Positions 40,641 to 53,839 of a DNA stretch of 64,000 nucleotides are shown piece after piece. The notes under the pieces are model-generated. The model was given only the letters and a program-made list of their open reading frames with translations, made no database searches and was not told the DNA's origin. Origin of the DNA: the human T2T-CHM13v2.0 reference genome, Homo sapiens; the NCBI RefSeq assembly GCF_009914755.1, contig NC_060942.1, one strand, 5' to 3'. Position 1 is the first letter of the stretch, and every line of letters begins with the position of its first letter. A program made the translations under genes and the position numbers.

Positions 40641-40878
40641 CTTTCTTTCTTTTTTTTTTTTTTTTTTTGAGACAGATTCTTGCTCTATCACTCAAACTTG
40701 AGTGCAGTGGCATGATCATGGCTTACTGCAGCCTCCAACTCCTGGGCTCAGGCAATTCTCCCATCTCAGCCTCCCAAGTAGCTGGGACTAGAGGTGAGCA
40801 CCACCTTGCCCAGCTAATTTTTTTTTTAAATTTCTGTAGAGGTGGGATCTTGCTATGTTGCCCAGGTTGGTCTCGAAC
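40641..40878 (-). mobile_element. 5'-truncated AluJ
   Basis: poly-T, right arm, linker and part of the left arm. Confidence 0.88.
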
Positions 40879-41060
40879 CAGTAAACTTTTTTGTATCCCC
40901 CACTGCACCTTGCAGGTAGGAAATTATCCATAAACATTTATTAATCAATCATCTAGAGCACAAAGGTGAAATATAATAAAGTAATGCATTCCGTAAGCTA
41001 AAAAATCACAGGACTTTTAAAGTTCTGCATTATAAAAATATAATTTACATTATGATATTA

Positions 41061-41280
41061 CAAGGTTTAGTATCCCTTATCCAAAATGCTTGTGATCAGA
41101 AATGTTTTGAATTTCAGATTTTGGAATATTTACATTATATTTATGGGTTGAGCATCCCTAATCTGAAAATCTGAAATCCAAAATGTTCCAGTGAGAATTT
41201 CCTTTGAACGTTATATCAGTGCTCAAAAAGTTTCAGATTTTGGAGCATTTTGGATTTTCAGTTTAGGGATGTCCAACCTG
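41061..41280. mobile_element. Tigger4a-type DNA transposon
   Basis: agtatcccttatccaaaatgct ... gggatgtccaacctg; TA flanks; homologous to 2318-2542 and 44959-45208. Confidence 0.85.
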
Positions 41281-41909
41281 TATTATGTCCTTATAATCTC
41301 AAAGATGGTTTGCATGTGTTCACAGTGCATTGGATTTGGGAATCTACAGGATCTGAGCGACAGAATCAAATAAAATCCCATATGGGAAAGGCAGTCCAGA
41401 ATAATAGGGGGAAATGAGTTGAAATCAAGATGACAAGAGTTCTAGTCCTGCTTTTGTCATGAAATTAGTGTGTCATTTTCCATGAACTATTTACCCCCCC
41501 GAGTCATGGGTCTCATCTGAAAAATGAGGATGAGCTTTAGTTGTTATTGTGTTGTTGCTGTTGAAGATTTTTGTGAGTTAAAAGATTCATTACTCAAAAA
41601 GTGAGGCTTTCTGGGGAGAGAGGGCTTGTACTCGAGCTTGAGCCAAAGGAGGGTGGGCTCCAGCTTTTAGCCCTCAAAAACACTCGTTTTCATGGTGGGA
41701 GTGGAGGGAGGGCCAGCCAGGGCCATCCAGGAGGACTCCCTCTCCCAGGGGCTGGAATTTATGTGATGAGAACTCCCCACTCATGACAAAGGAGGGAGCT
41801 GGGAGCCCCTGAGATGTCTTATCAGCTTGTTTGGGTGTGGGACAAAAGGGACAAGGGTATAATAGGGCTTGAAAGCTGTCAGTGGGCAAACATCAAAAAT
41901 GGAGTCAGA

Positions 41910-42196
<287 letters not shown>

Positions 42197-42662
42197 AAAA
42201 ATGGAGTCAGACTCTTTATTGCATGGTTATTATGCATAGCACAGTTATGAACATATAAGTATGGCCTTCTTGCAAACATTACACATTTCTTCTGGATATG
42301 TACCCAGAAGGCCAATTCTGGGTTATGTGTTCAACTTTGGTAAATATTGCCAAACAGGTTTCCAACCTGACTTACCAAATTATACCCCCTCCAACATGTA
42401 TGATTGTACCACAGTTTGTTTATCCAATCTGCAACCAAGAGACATTTGGTTTGTTTTCAGTTTTTGTGATAACAACAACAACAAAAAAGCTACTGTAAAT
42501 GTATGTGTGAAGGCTTCTGGGTGAAGATGGGTTGTCATTTCACTTTGGTAAATACTTAGGTTGTTTTGTTTTTTAACCTTTGAATACTCTATGATTCCAG
42601 TTATTCATAGCTCTTCAGCTTGAGGGTTTTTAATTTTTTTTCCTCCTCTTTTTTCCTCTTAG

Positions 42663-42789
42663 AATCAAGTGACCCTGAGAGGACGTGTACCACACCTGGG
42701 CCGATACGTCTTTGTCATCCATTTTTACCAAGCAGCGCACCCGACGTTTCCCGCGCAGGTGTCGGTGGATGGCGGGTGGCCACGGGCAG
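42663..42789 (+). CDS. LAMA3: LAMA3 coding exon (127 nt) NQVTLRGRVPHLGRY...GWPRAG
   Basis: long pyrimidine tract + ttag| acceptor, CAG|gtgagc donor; phase 0-1. Confidence 0.94.
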
Positions 42790-42878
42790 GTGAGCTGCAG
42801 TGAGCAGGCCCTGCTGCCTGCCTCAGGCTGAATCTACAGTCCGGTGCATGACAGAAAGTCTCTCTCTCTCTCTGCCAG

Positions 42879-43018
42879 GCTCCTTCCATGCCTCTTTTTG
42901 CCCCCATGTGCTTGGCTGCCGGGATCAAGTGATTGCCGAAGGCCAGATTGAGTTTGACATCTCAGAGCCTGAAGTGGCCGCAACTGTGAAGGTTCCAGAA
43001 GGAAAGTCCTTGGTTTTG
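42879..43018 (+). CDS. LAMA3: LAMA3 coding exon (140 nt) SFHASFCPHVLGCRDQV...GKSLVL
   Basis: (TC)n-gccag| acceptor after an 89-nt intron, TTG|gtgcgt donor; phase 1-0. Confidence 0.93.
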
Positions 43019-43239
43019 GTGCGTTCCACTCGTTCCTCAACTTGCTCCTCACATGCCTGCCTGGCTGGCCATTCTGGGTGTCTGTTTAGCTCATGGAAAT
43101 AATTCTTCCAAGGAATTGAAGTCATATTTGTAGAAAAATGTTTAAATTTTACAGCTGTCTTTTACCCCCCAATAAATAAATAAATAAAGCATGTGACAAT
43201 TAAAGTCAAGGGAACTAGGACAGAAGAGAGTAGGCGTCG

Positions 43240-44428
43240 CCCCTCTCCACCAGCCCCTGCTTCCTCATCTGACCAGTCTCTGGAGCATTTTTCGCTCCTT
43301 TCTTCTTTTGGCCCCTGCAGCTGCTTTCTCTCTGTTTTCCCTGCTTTCTCTAGCGCTCCTTGGGTGATTTCTCTTTTCCACTTGTCACTGTGTGTTGGCG
43401 TTCCTTCCGATTTGACACCGAGCCCCTCATTGTGTCATTTCTCCTTGGATACATCTTCCGTGCCCATCGATTCTATTCTCTCCACTGTGGGAAGGACACC
43501 CACATCTGTGAGGTCATCTCTGATCTTTCCTGAACTCCAGTATGTGACCACCATCTCCTGCGTATCTGCCTGGCCAGAGATCTTGAAAGTCCCTTGCTTA
43601 GTCTGCACCCTGCATAGCCCCGATGTGCCTACCCTTTTCATCACCTTGAGTGATGACAACCAGTGCCTGGAGTCATGCTGACCCCCCTTCTCTAGCAGCT
43701 CTGCTCCCACATCTGTTACCACACCCCAGAGTCTTTCTCTGCCGTGCCTCCTGGAGGCAACCATTCTCTTCTAGCCCCGTTGTCCTCACTGACCATCCTT
43801 CCTCTCACTTGGGCAGGGCCAGCCTCCTGGCAGCACTCCCTTCCTGTTCCACCTCCTTCCAGTGCCTCCTCCGCACTCCTGGCCATTACCTACCTGGCTG
43901 GAGGGATTAGAGCATGCCCTGTGACCCAGCCACTTCTCTGGGCTTCCAACAACTGATGGGATACACTCCATGTATTTCCCTAGGATCCACGTGCCTCACT
44001 CAGGCCCTCACGACCCCCTAATTCATCTTTTATCTTTCTCTCTGCCATTGCCCTACTCCACGCCTCCCACACCTCACGCTCTGGCCATACAAATCCGTTC
44101 TCAAACCCCCAGATATGCCATGTCCTCTCATGCCACCAGGCTTTCTCACACTGTCCCTTTTTCTGACATTTTCTGTCTGTTTCTCTACCTGGATAAGTCC
44201 AGCCTACCCACTCACCCAGCTCAGAGTTAATTTGTCTTTCTGCAAAGCCCTCCAGGAAGCATTGCCCAGACTCTCTGTGTGGCCCTCCAGGTCTCTGAGT
44301 GAGCCTCCTCCTCTCTGAGGAAGTCGTCTTCCCAGGAGACAAGGGCTGCATCTGTTCATTTTGCATCCCTTGTGCCTGGAATACCACCTGGTGTGTGGTG
44401 CTCAGCAAACGTTTATTGAATTGAATAT
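43240..44428 (+). mobile_element. Fragmented L2 LINE
   Basis: pyrimidine-rich L2-like body ending in tail gtgctcagcaaacgtttattgaattgaat; boundaries approximate. Confidence 0.55.
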
Positions 44429-44958
44429 CATGAGAGTAATAAGCTCCCTGTAAGCTGTGAGCTGGTGAGCAGTTGACAAAGATGTTTGAAAATTTCTACA
44501 GTGTTTGCTATAGGCATATTCTGATTTATACTGGCACAGAGAACCAAACTACCATTATTCATAATAGGGTACCAAGTATGATGAAAGCTCTAAGGACAAG
44601 CTAACACCTTCTTTCTGCATTGTTCTTGCCACTTTTGTTTGTTTCCCTTTAAAAATACAAAACAGCCATCCCTGGAGATCCAGGGAGACATCAGGCATGG
44701 GTCACATGGAGCCCTGGCCATCCAGCAGGCCCCTGCTTACCCTTAAGGTCCCGTGACCCAGCCAGCATGCAAGGCTTTTGCTTCTCTGAGTAGAAGTTCC
44801 AAGGGCTCTGCCTGGGAACTCATCATTCCCTGCACAGTAATGTGGACTGAGCCTTTACTCCTGGCTTTGGCCTGTTCCTGTGATTGTTTTTCATAAATCC
44901 TGATTCATTTGGTCTTGGTCTTAACAATAAGGGTGTTGATCTCAGTGAAGAGAAAGTA

Positions 44959-45208
44959 CAGGTTGAAAATCTCTTATCTGAAATGATTGGGACCAGCAGT
45001 GTTTTGGATTTCAGATTTTTTTCAGATTTTGGAATATTTGCATAATACTTACAGATTGAGCATCCCTAATTCAAAAATCCCAAATCCAAAATGCTCCAGT
45101 GAGCATTTCTTTTGAGCATGATCTTTGAGCATCATGTCAGTGCTCAAAAAGTTTCAGATTTTGAAGCATTTCAGATTTTGGATTTTTCGAGTAGGGGTGC
45201 TCAACCTG
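44959..45208. mobile_element. Tigger4a-type DNA transposon
   Basis: caggttgaaaatctcttatc ... gggtgctcaacctg; TA flanks. Confidence 0.85.
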
Positions 45209-45276
45209 TATAATAAGTAGCCTTAGGTCTGTGTCATCATTGGAAATTCTAAGACATGCTGGTGGATTTCTTTCAG

Positions 45277-45392
45277 GTCCGTGTTCTAGTGGTGCCTGCA
45301 GAAAACTATGACTACCAAATACTTCACAAAAAATCCATGGACAAGTCACTCGAGTTTATCACCAATTGTGGAAAAAACAGCTTTTACCTTGA
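45277..45392 (+). CDS. LAMA3: LAMA3 coding exon (116 nt) VRVLVVPAENYDY...NSFYLD
   Basis: ctttcag| acceptor, TGA|gtgagt donor; phase 0-2. Confidence 0.93.
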
Positions 45393-46564
45393 GTGAGTAT
45401 CACTTTGTGGGAAGGCTCTGGAATGCAGAGGCACTCCCACATTCCTGACCAGCTCGAGGCCCAGGGAGGGGCTGGCCCATGGATCCGTCCTCTTCCCCGC
45501 ACTGCCCAAGAGAGTGTCAGTGAGTCCCAGGGGAAGATGCTCTTTCTCCACACCAACCCTCGCATGACAGACTTTGCCATGTGCTGCCTGGGAAAGATGA
45601 CTGTCCTCAGCTATGAACTCAACGGGGGTCCGTACCCCAAGCTGAGATTCAGGGGCTGATTAGGAGTTTCCTTCCCTCTCCACTGTTTCCTGTGTGCCAG
45701 CACAGATTCCTAAGACATACCACACAGGGTACCCTCCACTGGGAAGGACATCAGCCCTGAGTCCCACTCTCCTCCGCCATCTAACCAAGCAGGGAGTGTC
45801 CAGAGACATGGCTTCCCTGCCCTCTCTCCTTGTGTCCTTGAATGCTAAGAGCTAGGATGGCCCTGAGTATCAGCTCCTGCCATTCTCTTCTGTGGACCCA
45901 CCCTTTCCCTGTCATAGATTCCTGAAGAGCCCAGGTACTCCAGAAGCTCTGGGAGGCAGACACCTCCTGTACAGTGAATATTAAGAGCAAAGGCTCTTAA
46001 GCAGCTGTGGAGGTGAATGCTGCTCAGCCACTCCATAACCTTGCAGCCTTGGGAATGTCACCTAACTTCTAGGAGCCTCAGTTGCCTTATCTGTGAATTA
46101 GGGCTTAGGCCTAATTGGTTGGGAGGTTGGAAGGTCATGTGGGATATTACTAAGGTTTCCAGCACACAACATTCAATGAATGATAGCGATTCTCCTCCTC
46201 ATTATCATTTTATTAGTTGTATTATTATACACATAGGTCGACTTTTTTGGTAACCACTTTATTGAGCTATAATTCACATAACATATAGTTCATCTTTTAG
46301 GTCTATTTCTACTCTTTTATCCCAGCTGTGCAAGGTTCCCGCTGACCTGTTCTGTGATGTCTCCTCCTGTGGCAGGTGGTAGGGGGAGGGTGTGGCTGTC
46401 ACCGGCTGAGTCTGAGGTGGGGTATTTCCCACTCTTCCCTGACTCCAGAACCATGAGCCCGTCCCACAGATGCTGCTGGGTGGAGCAGGTGGTAAAGGCA
46501 AGGTTGAGGCCACTCCCATACACACCTCCCCAGGCATCACCATGAGTTGTTTCTGTCTCCACAG

Positions 46565-46776
46565 CCCCCAGACAGCCTCCAGATTCTGTAAGAATTCCGC
46601 CAGGTCCCTGGTGGCCTTTTACCACAAGGGCGCCCTGCCTTGTGAGTGCCACCCCACTGGGGCCACCGGCCCTCACTGCAGCCCTGAGGGTGGGCAGTGC
46701 CCATGCCAGCCCAACGTCATCGGGCGGCAGTGCACCCGCTGTGCAACAGGCCACTACGGATTCCCACGCTGCAAGC
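46565..46776 (+). CDS. LAMA3: LAMA3 coding exon (212 nt) [14 protein letters not shown]...CECHPTG...FPRCK
   Basis: ctccacag| acceptor, AGC|gtaagt donor; end of the insert plus an LE repeat. Confidence 0.95.
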
Positions 46777-46840
46777 GTAAGTGCACGTTTCCCATCACCC
46801 AAGTTCTGCTCTGGTCCCGTGTGGATGATGCTTACCAGGA

Positions 46841-47004
46841 GCAGGCTTCTTCAGTGGCACTGTGCTAGAGACTCACCTGGAGATCTGGAGAAATGCAGAT
46901 TCTGATTCAGGAGACTGGGCTGGAGCCTGAGTCTCTACATTTCCAATAAGCACCCAGGTGATGCCCATGCTGCTGGTCCATGGACCGCACTCTAAGTAGC
47001 AATG
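46841..47004. mobile_element. MER5-family MITE
   Basis: aaatgcagattctgattcag...ccaggtgatgcccatgctgctggtccatggaccgcact. Confidence 0.75.
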
Positions 47005-47731
47005 TTCTAGAAGATAAGTATTTGTGACTCCCCTGCTGTGTGGCCTATGCACTTGGCAAAGCAGGTGAGTGTGACAAGTCTTAAACCTCAGAATCTTGGA
47101 GAGCTTGATCCCCTTCGTCACAGAAGCCCCTTCCATTTTTTTGGCCCAACCCAAACTCAGTTGAGATAGGACAGCCAGGGTCATGTGGCAGTGCTACTCA
47201 CTGAATGAGAACCCATGGGACCTTTATCTCAGAACCATCTTGTGGTCCGAGGGGTAGGGTAAGCTCACTTCACGTGACTGCAGTGAGAAATGCAGTGTGC
47301 AGAGTCCCCATGCAGAGGCCAAGGAACAAGAACCCTGCTGCCAGGTTGTGCCCTGACCCTGGGCTCTGGACGCACAGGGTACTGGGGTGATGTGGATGTG
47401 GAGCCACTTCAGGGAGCCTGAGAGCAGCCTCCTACCAATTTCCAGAATCCTTCAATGGTCCAGAGGCCCCATATGAGTGGCACACAGTGGCAGCGAGGTG
47501 GGCTCCTTGGAGGGTCTTTCTTGGATCTGGCTGGCTCCTCAATCCCCATCCACACTGTCTGCCATGAGCATTTGGTGTGGTTGGTCTTGACTCCAAGAAA
47601 TGGGCCTTTCAGATCCAAATATTTCTCTCTGACCCTTTGGAGGCTTCTGGAAAGCCTGGCAGTTGGTGGAGTGCTGCTGGAGCCCAGGCGGCCTTTGACC
47701 CTCACATGGTATTTCTTTATCCCCTGGCCAG

Positions 47732-47936
47732 CGTGCAGCTGTGGTCGGCGCCTTTGTGAAGAGATGACGGGGCAGTGCCGCTGCCCTCCCCGCACGGTCA
47801 GGCCCCAGTGTGAGGTGTGTGAGACACACTCATTCAGCTTCCACCCCATGGCCGGCTGCGAAGGCTGCAACTGTTCCAGGAGGGGCACCATCGAGGCTGC
47901 CATGCCGGAGTGTGACCGGGACAGCGGGCAGTGCAG
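47732..47936 (+). CDS. LAMA3: LAMA3 coding exon (205 nt) PCSCGRRLCEEMTGQC...DSGQCR
   Basis: tggccag| acceptor, CAG|gtgagc donor; LE cysteines; phase 1-2. Confidence 0.95.
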
Positions 47937-48963
47937 GTGAGCTGGGGGAGTAGCCTGTCTGCTTCTGTCACAGGGAGGTCGCGTGCCATCTGCCCACACA
48001 CTGGTCATCGTCACTTTCCACTTCCCACCTGTCCAGGGGTGCCCTGTGTTGACCTCGGCATGAGCTTCCCAGACAGGATGGGTTGCAGTGGGTGGAGTGA
48101 TTGGTCCCTTAGGCTCAGAACTGGGCAGAGCCTGTGTGGACAGATTACCAGTCATCTTGGGCCGGCAGCAGCCTTGCCCATTGACTCCAGCATGCTGTCA
48201 CTATGGGACTGTGTTCTGTGTGTGCCATGAGGCAGAAGTGGGAGAAGAATGATACATGCATAATGAAGGTATCTGTGTGCTTTGCTGGGATGCCTTGTGG
48301 TGAGCACCTGTCCATTTGTATTTAGGTATGAGCTTCATACCCTCCTTCTAGGGTTCGCTGGCAGTGTGGTTAAGGTCAATGTGTGACAGAGTCTGAAATC
48401 CCACCTAGCTGATTTGGGCTGGAAGGGGAGCTGAGGCCTCCACAGCAGGGCTTGGTGGGAGTGAGGAGGGAGTCAGGGTGAACAGGAGACAGGCTGGAGA
48501 GCCTGGCCTGAGAGTGGGGCTGCCCTCAGAGGATCGCTGAGCAGTCCAGTACTTAATTGCTAAGGGACAGGTGGAGACCTCGGCTCATGCAGATGCTGCA
48601 TTGCTGAGAGGTTTGATTCAGAGGCTGCATTGGAATGTGGAGGCCGGTGTCACATGGTTCCAGGTGACAAGCCTGATCTCAGCAGGACTGGGTGGGGGCT
48701 GCAGGGGCCAGAGAAAGCGTATGGCTCCTAGAAGGAGAGACTGGTAAGAATTAGATCAGTGGTGATATGCTGGGGAAACTGAGTCAGAGGCCAGGCCAGG
48801 ATGGCAGCGTGCAGGGGAAAGCAGAAGTTTCACCATGCACCCCACTCCCTTCAGCACGCACCCCAGGCACATGGATATTATGGAGTCCGTAATTTGGGTG
48901 TGAGAGCCAAGAGGGCCTATGGCTGCTGGGGACAGGCCTCAGTGACTCCCACTTGAGGGTGGC

Positions 48964-49456
48964 TGTGGTAGTCTCCCATGACTGCCATTAACGAATGCCA
49001 CAAACAACGCTAAAATAACAGAAATTTATTCTTACACATTTCTGGAGCCTGGAAATTAAAAATCAAGATGTCGGCAGGGTTGGTTTCTTCCGGAGGGTCT
49101 GCAAGAGAACCTGTTCCATGCCTTTCTCTTCGCTTCTGGTGTGCAGGTATTCCTGGGGGAGTCCCTGGGCTGTTGGCTGCATCACTGCAACCTCTGCCTC
49201 CGCCATTACATGCTGTTCTCCCTGTGTGTCTCTGTCTTCCTGTGGCGTTTCCCTCTCTGTACGTGTCTCTGTCTCTTCTCATTTTCTTATAAGGACACCA
49301 GTCATACTGGCTTAAGGCCCACCGTACTCTGGTATAACCTCATCTTAACTTAATTACATCTCTAAAGACCCTGTTTCCAAATAAGGTCACATTCTCAGGT
49401 AGTGGGGGGTAGAACTTGGACAGATCTTTTGTGGGGATACAATTCAACTCTCTATA
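48964..49456 (-). mobile_element. MLT1B/C-type MaLR solo LTR
   Basis: aacagaaatttattctt...ttcttataaggacaccagtcat...ttccaaataaggtcacattct. Confidence 0.85.
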
Positions 49457-49859
49457 GCAGCAATGTTTGCTTTTCTAAGAAAGGCCCCTTAACCACACCT
49501 TTAATTGTTATCTGGTGCCTCCCAACTCCTTGATAATACTGGAACCTTGTAAGGAAGCTGGGAGAAAAACTCAAATCATGAAATATTCCAAGTCTTTAAA
49601 ACCACAGGTGTGAGTCCTGCCTGAGTCAGCTCAGTCACTCAAGAACCAGAGGGGATACCTGTGTTTAATCACAGGAAGCAAAGGAACCAAGGGGGAGATG
49701 GAGAATCAGTTTTCAGGCAGGAAGAGAAGCAGTAGAGTTTTCAAAGGGAGTGGTTTGTCAACAATAAATCGCTGCAAATGGAACTTCACACACAATTTCT
49801 CAATGCTGCTGTCACAGAAAAAGAAAACCAAGAGTGCTTTTAAAAATGTTTTAATCTTG

Positions 49860-50450
49860 TTAAGGCACCAGAAGGTGATGGATGGATTTACTGCAGTATT
49901 TTATGTAAAAATCCCTAAGAATTTTATTTTTAACAAACTGTCACTGCCAATGATAATTTAATAGACTGGAATATTCCTAACTCAGGATGGAGGCATGTCT
50001 ATAGTAAGTTTTGCCCAAACCTGACAGCATCAACAGAAATGGAATCTTGCTGACTTGTATTACACTTAAACCAAGATGTAAAACTGTTTACTTTGACCTT
50101 AGGAAAGGGACTATAATAATCTAATGGGATAACGCATCTTCCCATGATCAAAGTAGATTTGTCATAAAAGGGCCTTGTCAGAAAATGTAAGAAAATTTAC
50201 ATTACTGTAAATTGCACAAATTGCCCATGATAATTTCAGTGTAAATGCTGAAAAAGCTTTTGATTGCCTGAAGGGATTACTTCTTTATAAATATTAGAGG
50301 AAAAACTATTTTTTTCCTCCTTAGAAAATTTCCTTTATGAAGAATATGTTTAGAGGAGTCTAAAGCTCATGTAAAAGAAATAATCAGAGATACCTAGAGT
50401 TTATGAGAAAAAGGAAAACACATTCTTTCACAGTCTTGTCCTGCAGTTGT
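49860..50450 (+). mobile_element. Highly decayed L1-clade reverse-transcriptase fossil
   Basis: ordered motifs KAP/DGFTAVFY, LPKPD, LNQDVKLFT, HDQSRFV, SENVRK, MIIS/VNAEKAFD with L1-like spacing, broken by frameshifts. Confidence 0.7.
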
Positions 50451-50629
50451 ACAAATCATCACAAACTGCAAAGCTGAAAAATTGCAATTCTCAAATTGTA
50501 TTTAACTACTTATAAGCATTCAACTTTATCATACTATAAGAAAATCAAACTGTTACAAATATTCATCTACTTTAAAATGAATTACAAAAATAATTTTAGC
50601 AATCTACAATACTCACTCTTTACTTAGTC

Positions 50630-50820
50630 AACCTGGTGTTGTAGTTTTAGAGGCAATAAGTTGGAACCATAAAACTGAGCCTTCGACTCACCTTTGGCAA
50701 GTCCTAGCTATGAGACTGGGCAAGTCATTTTGTCTGCCTGGCTTTCAGCTTCTTACTCTGTAAAATGAAGTTTAGTAAAATCATCTCTAACTTCCTATCT
50801 AAATTTAAAATTCTGATTCC
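50630..50820 (+). mobile_element. MIR/MIR3 SINE
   Basis: tagctatgagactgggcaagtca...ctgtaaaatg...ctctaacttcc...aaaattctgattc. Confidence 0.65.
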
Positions 50821-53547
50821 ATTTCTTTTTCAATCTCTGATTGTATCACGGACTATATTGTGTAATTATCGAAAGGTCTATTATTCTGGCCAATTCTATC
50901 AAGATCAAAAAGATGCTTATATTGATCAAAACTTCATTTTTTTTAGCACAACAAGACAGCACATATATCTATTTATAGCGATGAAAAAGTAAATTTGCAT
51001 CTGCTCCTAGTAATGGAAGATATGTGCCATCAGATTCTCTGAACATACAAAAGGGCTAGAATATTTTTGGAAGACTTTATCCATCTGTGTCAGACGTGAG
51101 GAAGCTGGAGATCCCTGGTAGTAAAAGCTGCAGTACTGTTGACCGCGTCCAAGCTATTTTCAGATTGATCAAAGGAGATGGCAGTCCACCTGGACATCCA
51201 GTGAAGCCACGTGTACCTCATGCCTTTTCAGAAGGGTAGTAGCCACAGGAAAGATTTGGGGATTCCCTCTATCTCCACTCAGATTTACTAAGCCTTTGTG
51301 TTAAATGGAGAAATTAAAAACCAGAAAAGGTCATCGACTTGGTGTTCTCAGAACAGAAGGGCTTCCAGCTAGGCATCAATTCCTGAGCCCTAACAACTTG
51401 GAGAGGCAATTTCTTTGATGCACTTCATCAAATAATCTGTGAGGCTGGCCAGGCAGTGTGCAGGCGCTGGGATGTGCTGTTGACACAGTGGTGACGGCTG
51501 TAACAGCCACACAGAAGGAGCTCAGGGTTCTCACCTGCACGACCTCTGTCGTCCTTCGTCTCCTGTAATACTGGCATCTTCTTCTAACCTCTCTGATGAT
51601 GCTTCTCTGGCCATTTCACTGGCTTCATTTTTCTCCTTCTGCCTCCAGACCAAGAAGATGTGTGGTGTGAGTTGCGTCCTGTCTCTGCCGCTCACTCTCT
51701 GGGTGACCTCAGGTATATTACTTCTGTCCTCTGGGCCTTAGGTCTTCATCTGTAAAATAAGGATCCTGGAGGCACCTTTAGAGGGTTAAATATCCTCTGT
51801 GAACACACTGAAAGCAGCGCCTGATACACTCTGAGCACCCAGTAAGTATTAGCTGTTGTGGTTATTTGCCAAGGTCATGGCTGTCTGCCTTCCTCCCTCT
51901 ATGGTTTGTCCCTGAGACTCCACCCATTCTCCTGGCTTCAGCCACCCTCACTCCTGGATGATTCCCAGATCCACAGCTCCAGTCCTGATCCTTGAGGGCT
52001 ATCCTATTCCACCTTTATTGCAAATCGACTCAACCTGGGTTCTCTTATTGACTTTACACAGGTAGCCTTGGACAAGTTCCCTAAGCTCTTTGAGCTCCTG
52101 TCTCCTCACATGTATTATGAAAAGTTAGATTGGATAATCGTTAACTCCTGAATTCTACAATACTGATCCTATCTCTGAAACCCATGTCACTGTCTTCCCT
52201 TTCAAGCCATTTCTCCCTTTGGGTTAAAAAAAAAAAATTCTACTTAATGATAACAGCCTCTTTCCAGTCCTTTAAGCCTGAAATCTGAGTATCATCTTAG
52301 AATCAACCCATTTTCCCTACAGCCAGTCAGGTGTCAACTTCTGGCAAGGGACATATTATCCCCCTTCCTTTCCATGGCTGTCTACAGCCTGGTTAAGTCC
52401 TTTTACCACTTCATGTTCAGATGATATTGATGCTTTCCTAGTTGGCCTTCCTTTTCCTGGTTTACTCATTCATTCTTTCTTTTTTGGCTCTTTAAGAAGA
52501 ATATACTAAATTGACAATTATACTGGGATTCAAATATCTGTCTTTCCCTTAACTTTATTCACAAATACATGGTACTATTAGTCTGTGAACTTGAGACAAT
52601 GTTGATAAATGCATACATGTTTATGATTTTATCTTCTTTTTGTTTTATGGCAGCCTGCCCTTAAATGTGATTTTATCTTCTTGGCATGTATTTCTGTTTG
52701 TTTTTGTTATTTTAATGAGGATGAAACATCTCAGTTCCTTGTGAGGTTTTTTAGCTTTCCCTTAAGTGTTATTTTGTATGTGTTTTGTTGCTCAAAGTGC
52801 ATCTAATACCTACTCCAGTTTGGGTGCTGTGCTTCCTGTGGAAGGCACACATGTTTGTGATCTGGTGGGGGCACCTGTTCTAACCAAGAGTGACAGTGCA
52901 GCATGGTGAGCGCCATATTGTGTGTGGGCTGTTATGGGAACACCATTTCCATGACATCACATTCTTTGCTCAAGAACTTTCCTTAATTCCCCATTGTCTA
53001 ATAGGATAAAGACCAACTTTCCGTGATTTGACTTCTATCTACCCTAACTTTTAGTACCTTTTTGTTTTTTCTGCTTTCTTCTCTGGCTTGGTTTTCTCAC
53101 TTCCTCTAAACACTTTTTGTCTGTGTTCTGTTCTCCAGTTGTGAAAGGGCTCCCTCCTCCTCTCCTACTACCCCCAAATTATGCCTGTCCTTCAAGGATT
53201 TTTGTGTTAAAAGTACAGACTCAAAGAATGCAAGGAGCCTTCTACGAGTCCACAGAGATCGCCTCATCATCTCATTGGCCAAAGCAAGTTGACTGCTTAG
53301 CCAGCTTCTCCCTTAATTTCCACATTCTAGGTCCTGTGTCCGCAGTGAAACATGTCCACATCAAGACTGACTTATTCTACTTTGTCCCCTCCCTCCCATG
53401 TCCCCTAACAAAGGAATGTGTATGTAGAAGGCACTCAATAATTCTTGAGTGAAAAAATAAATAAATAAATAAGGTAGATTTTGGGCTCTAGGTTAAAACT
53501 GGACTTTGATATGAGCATAATATGAAGGGCCCTACAGTGTTTATTAA

Positions 53548-53839
<292 letters not shown>

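Noticed and set aside
47409-48155. 248-aa minus-strand ORF, the longest in the track
   Set aside because: Antisense shadow of a GC-rich LAMA3 exon and flanks; no recognisable domain or supporting signals
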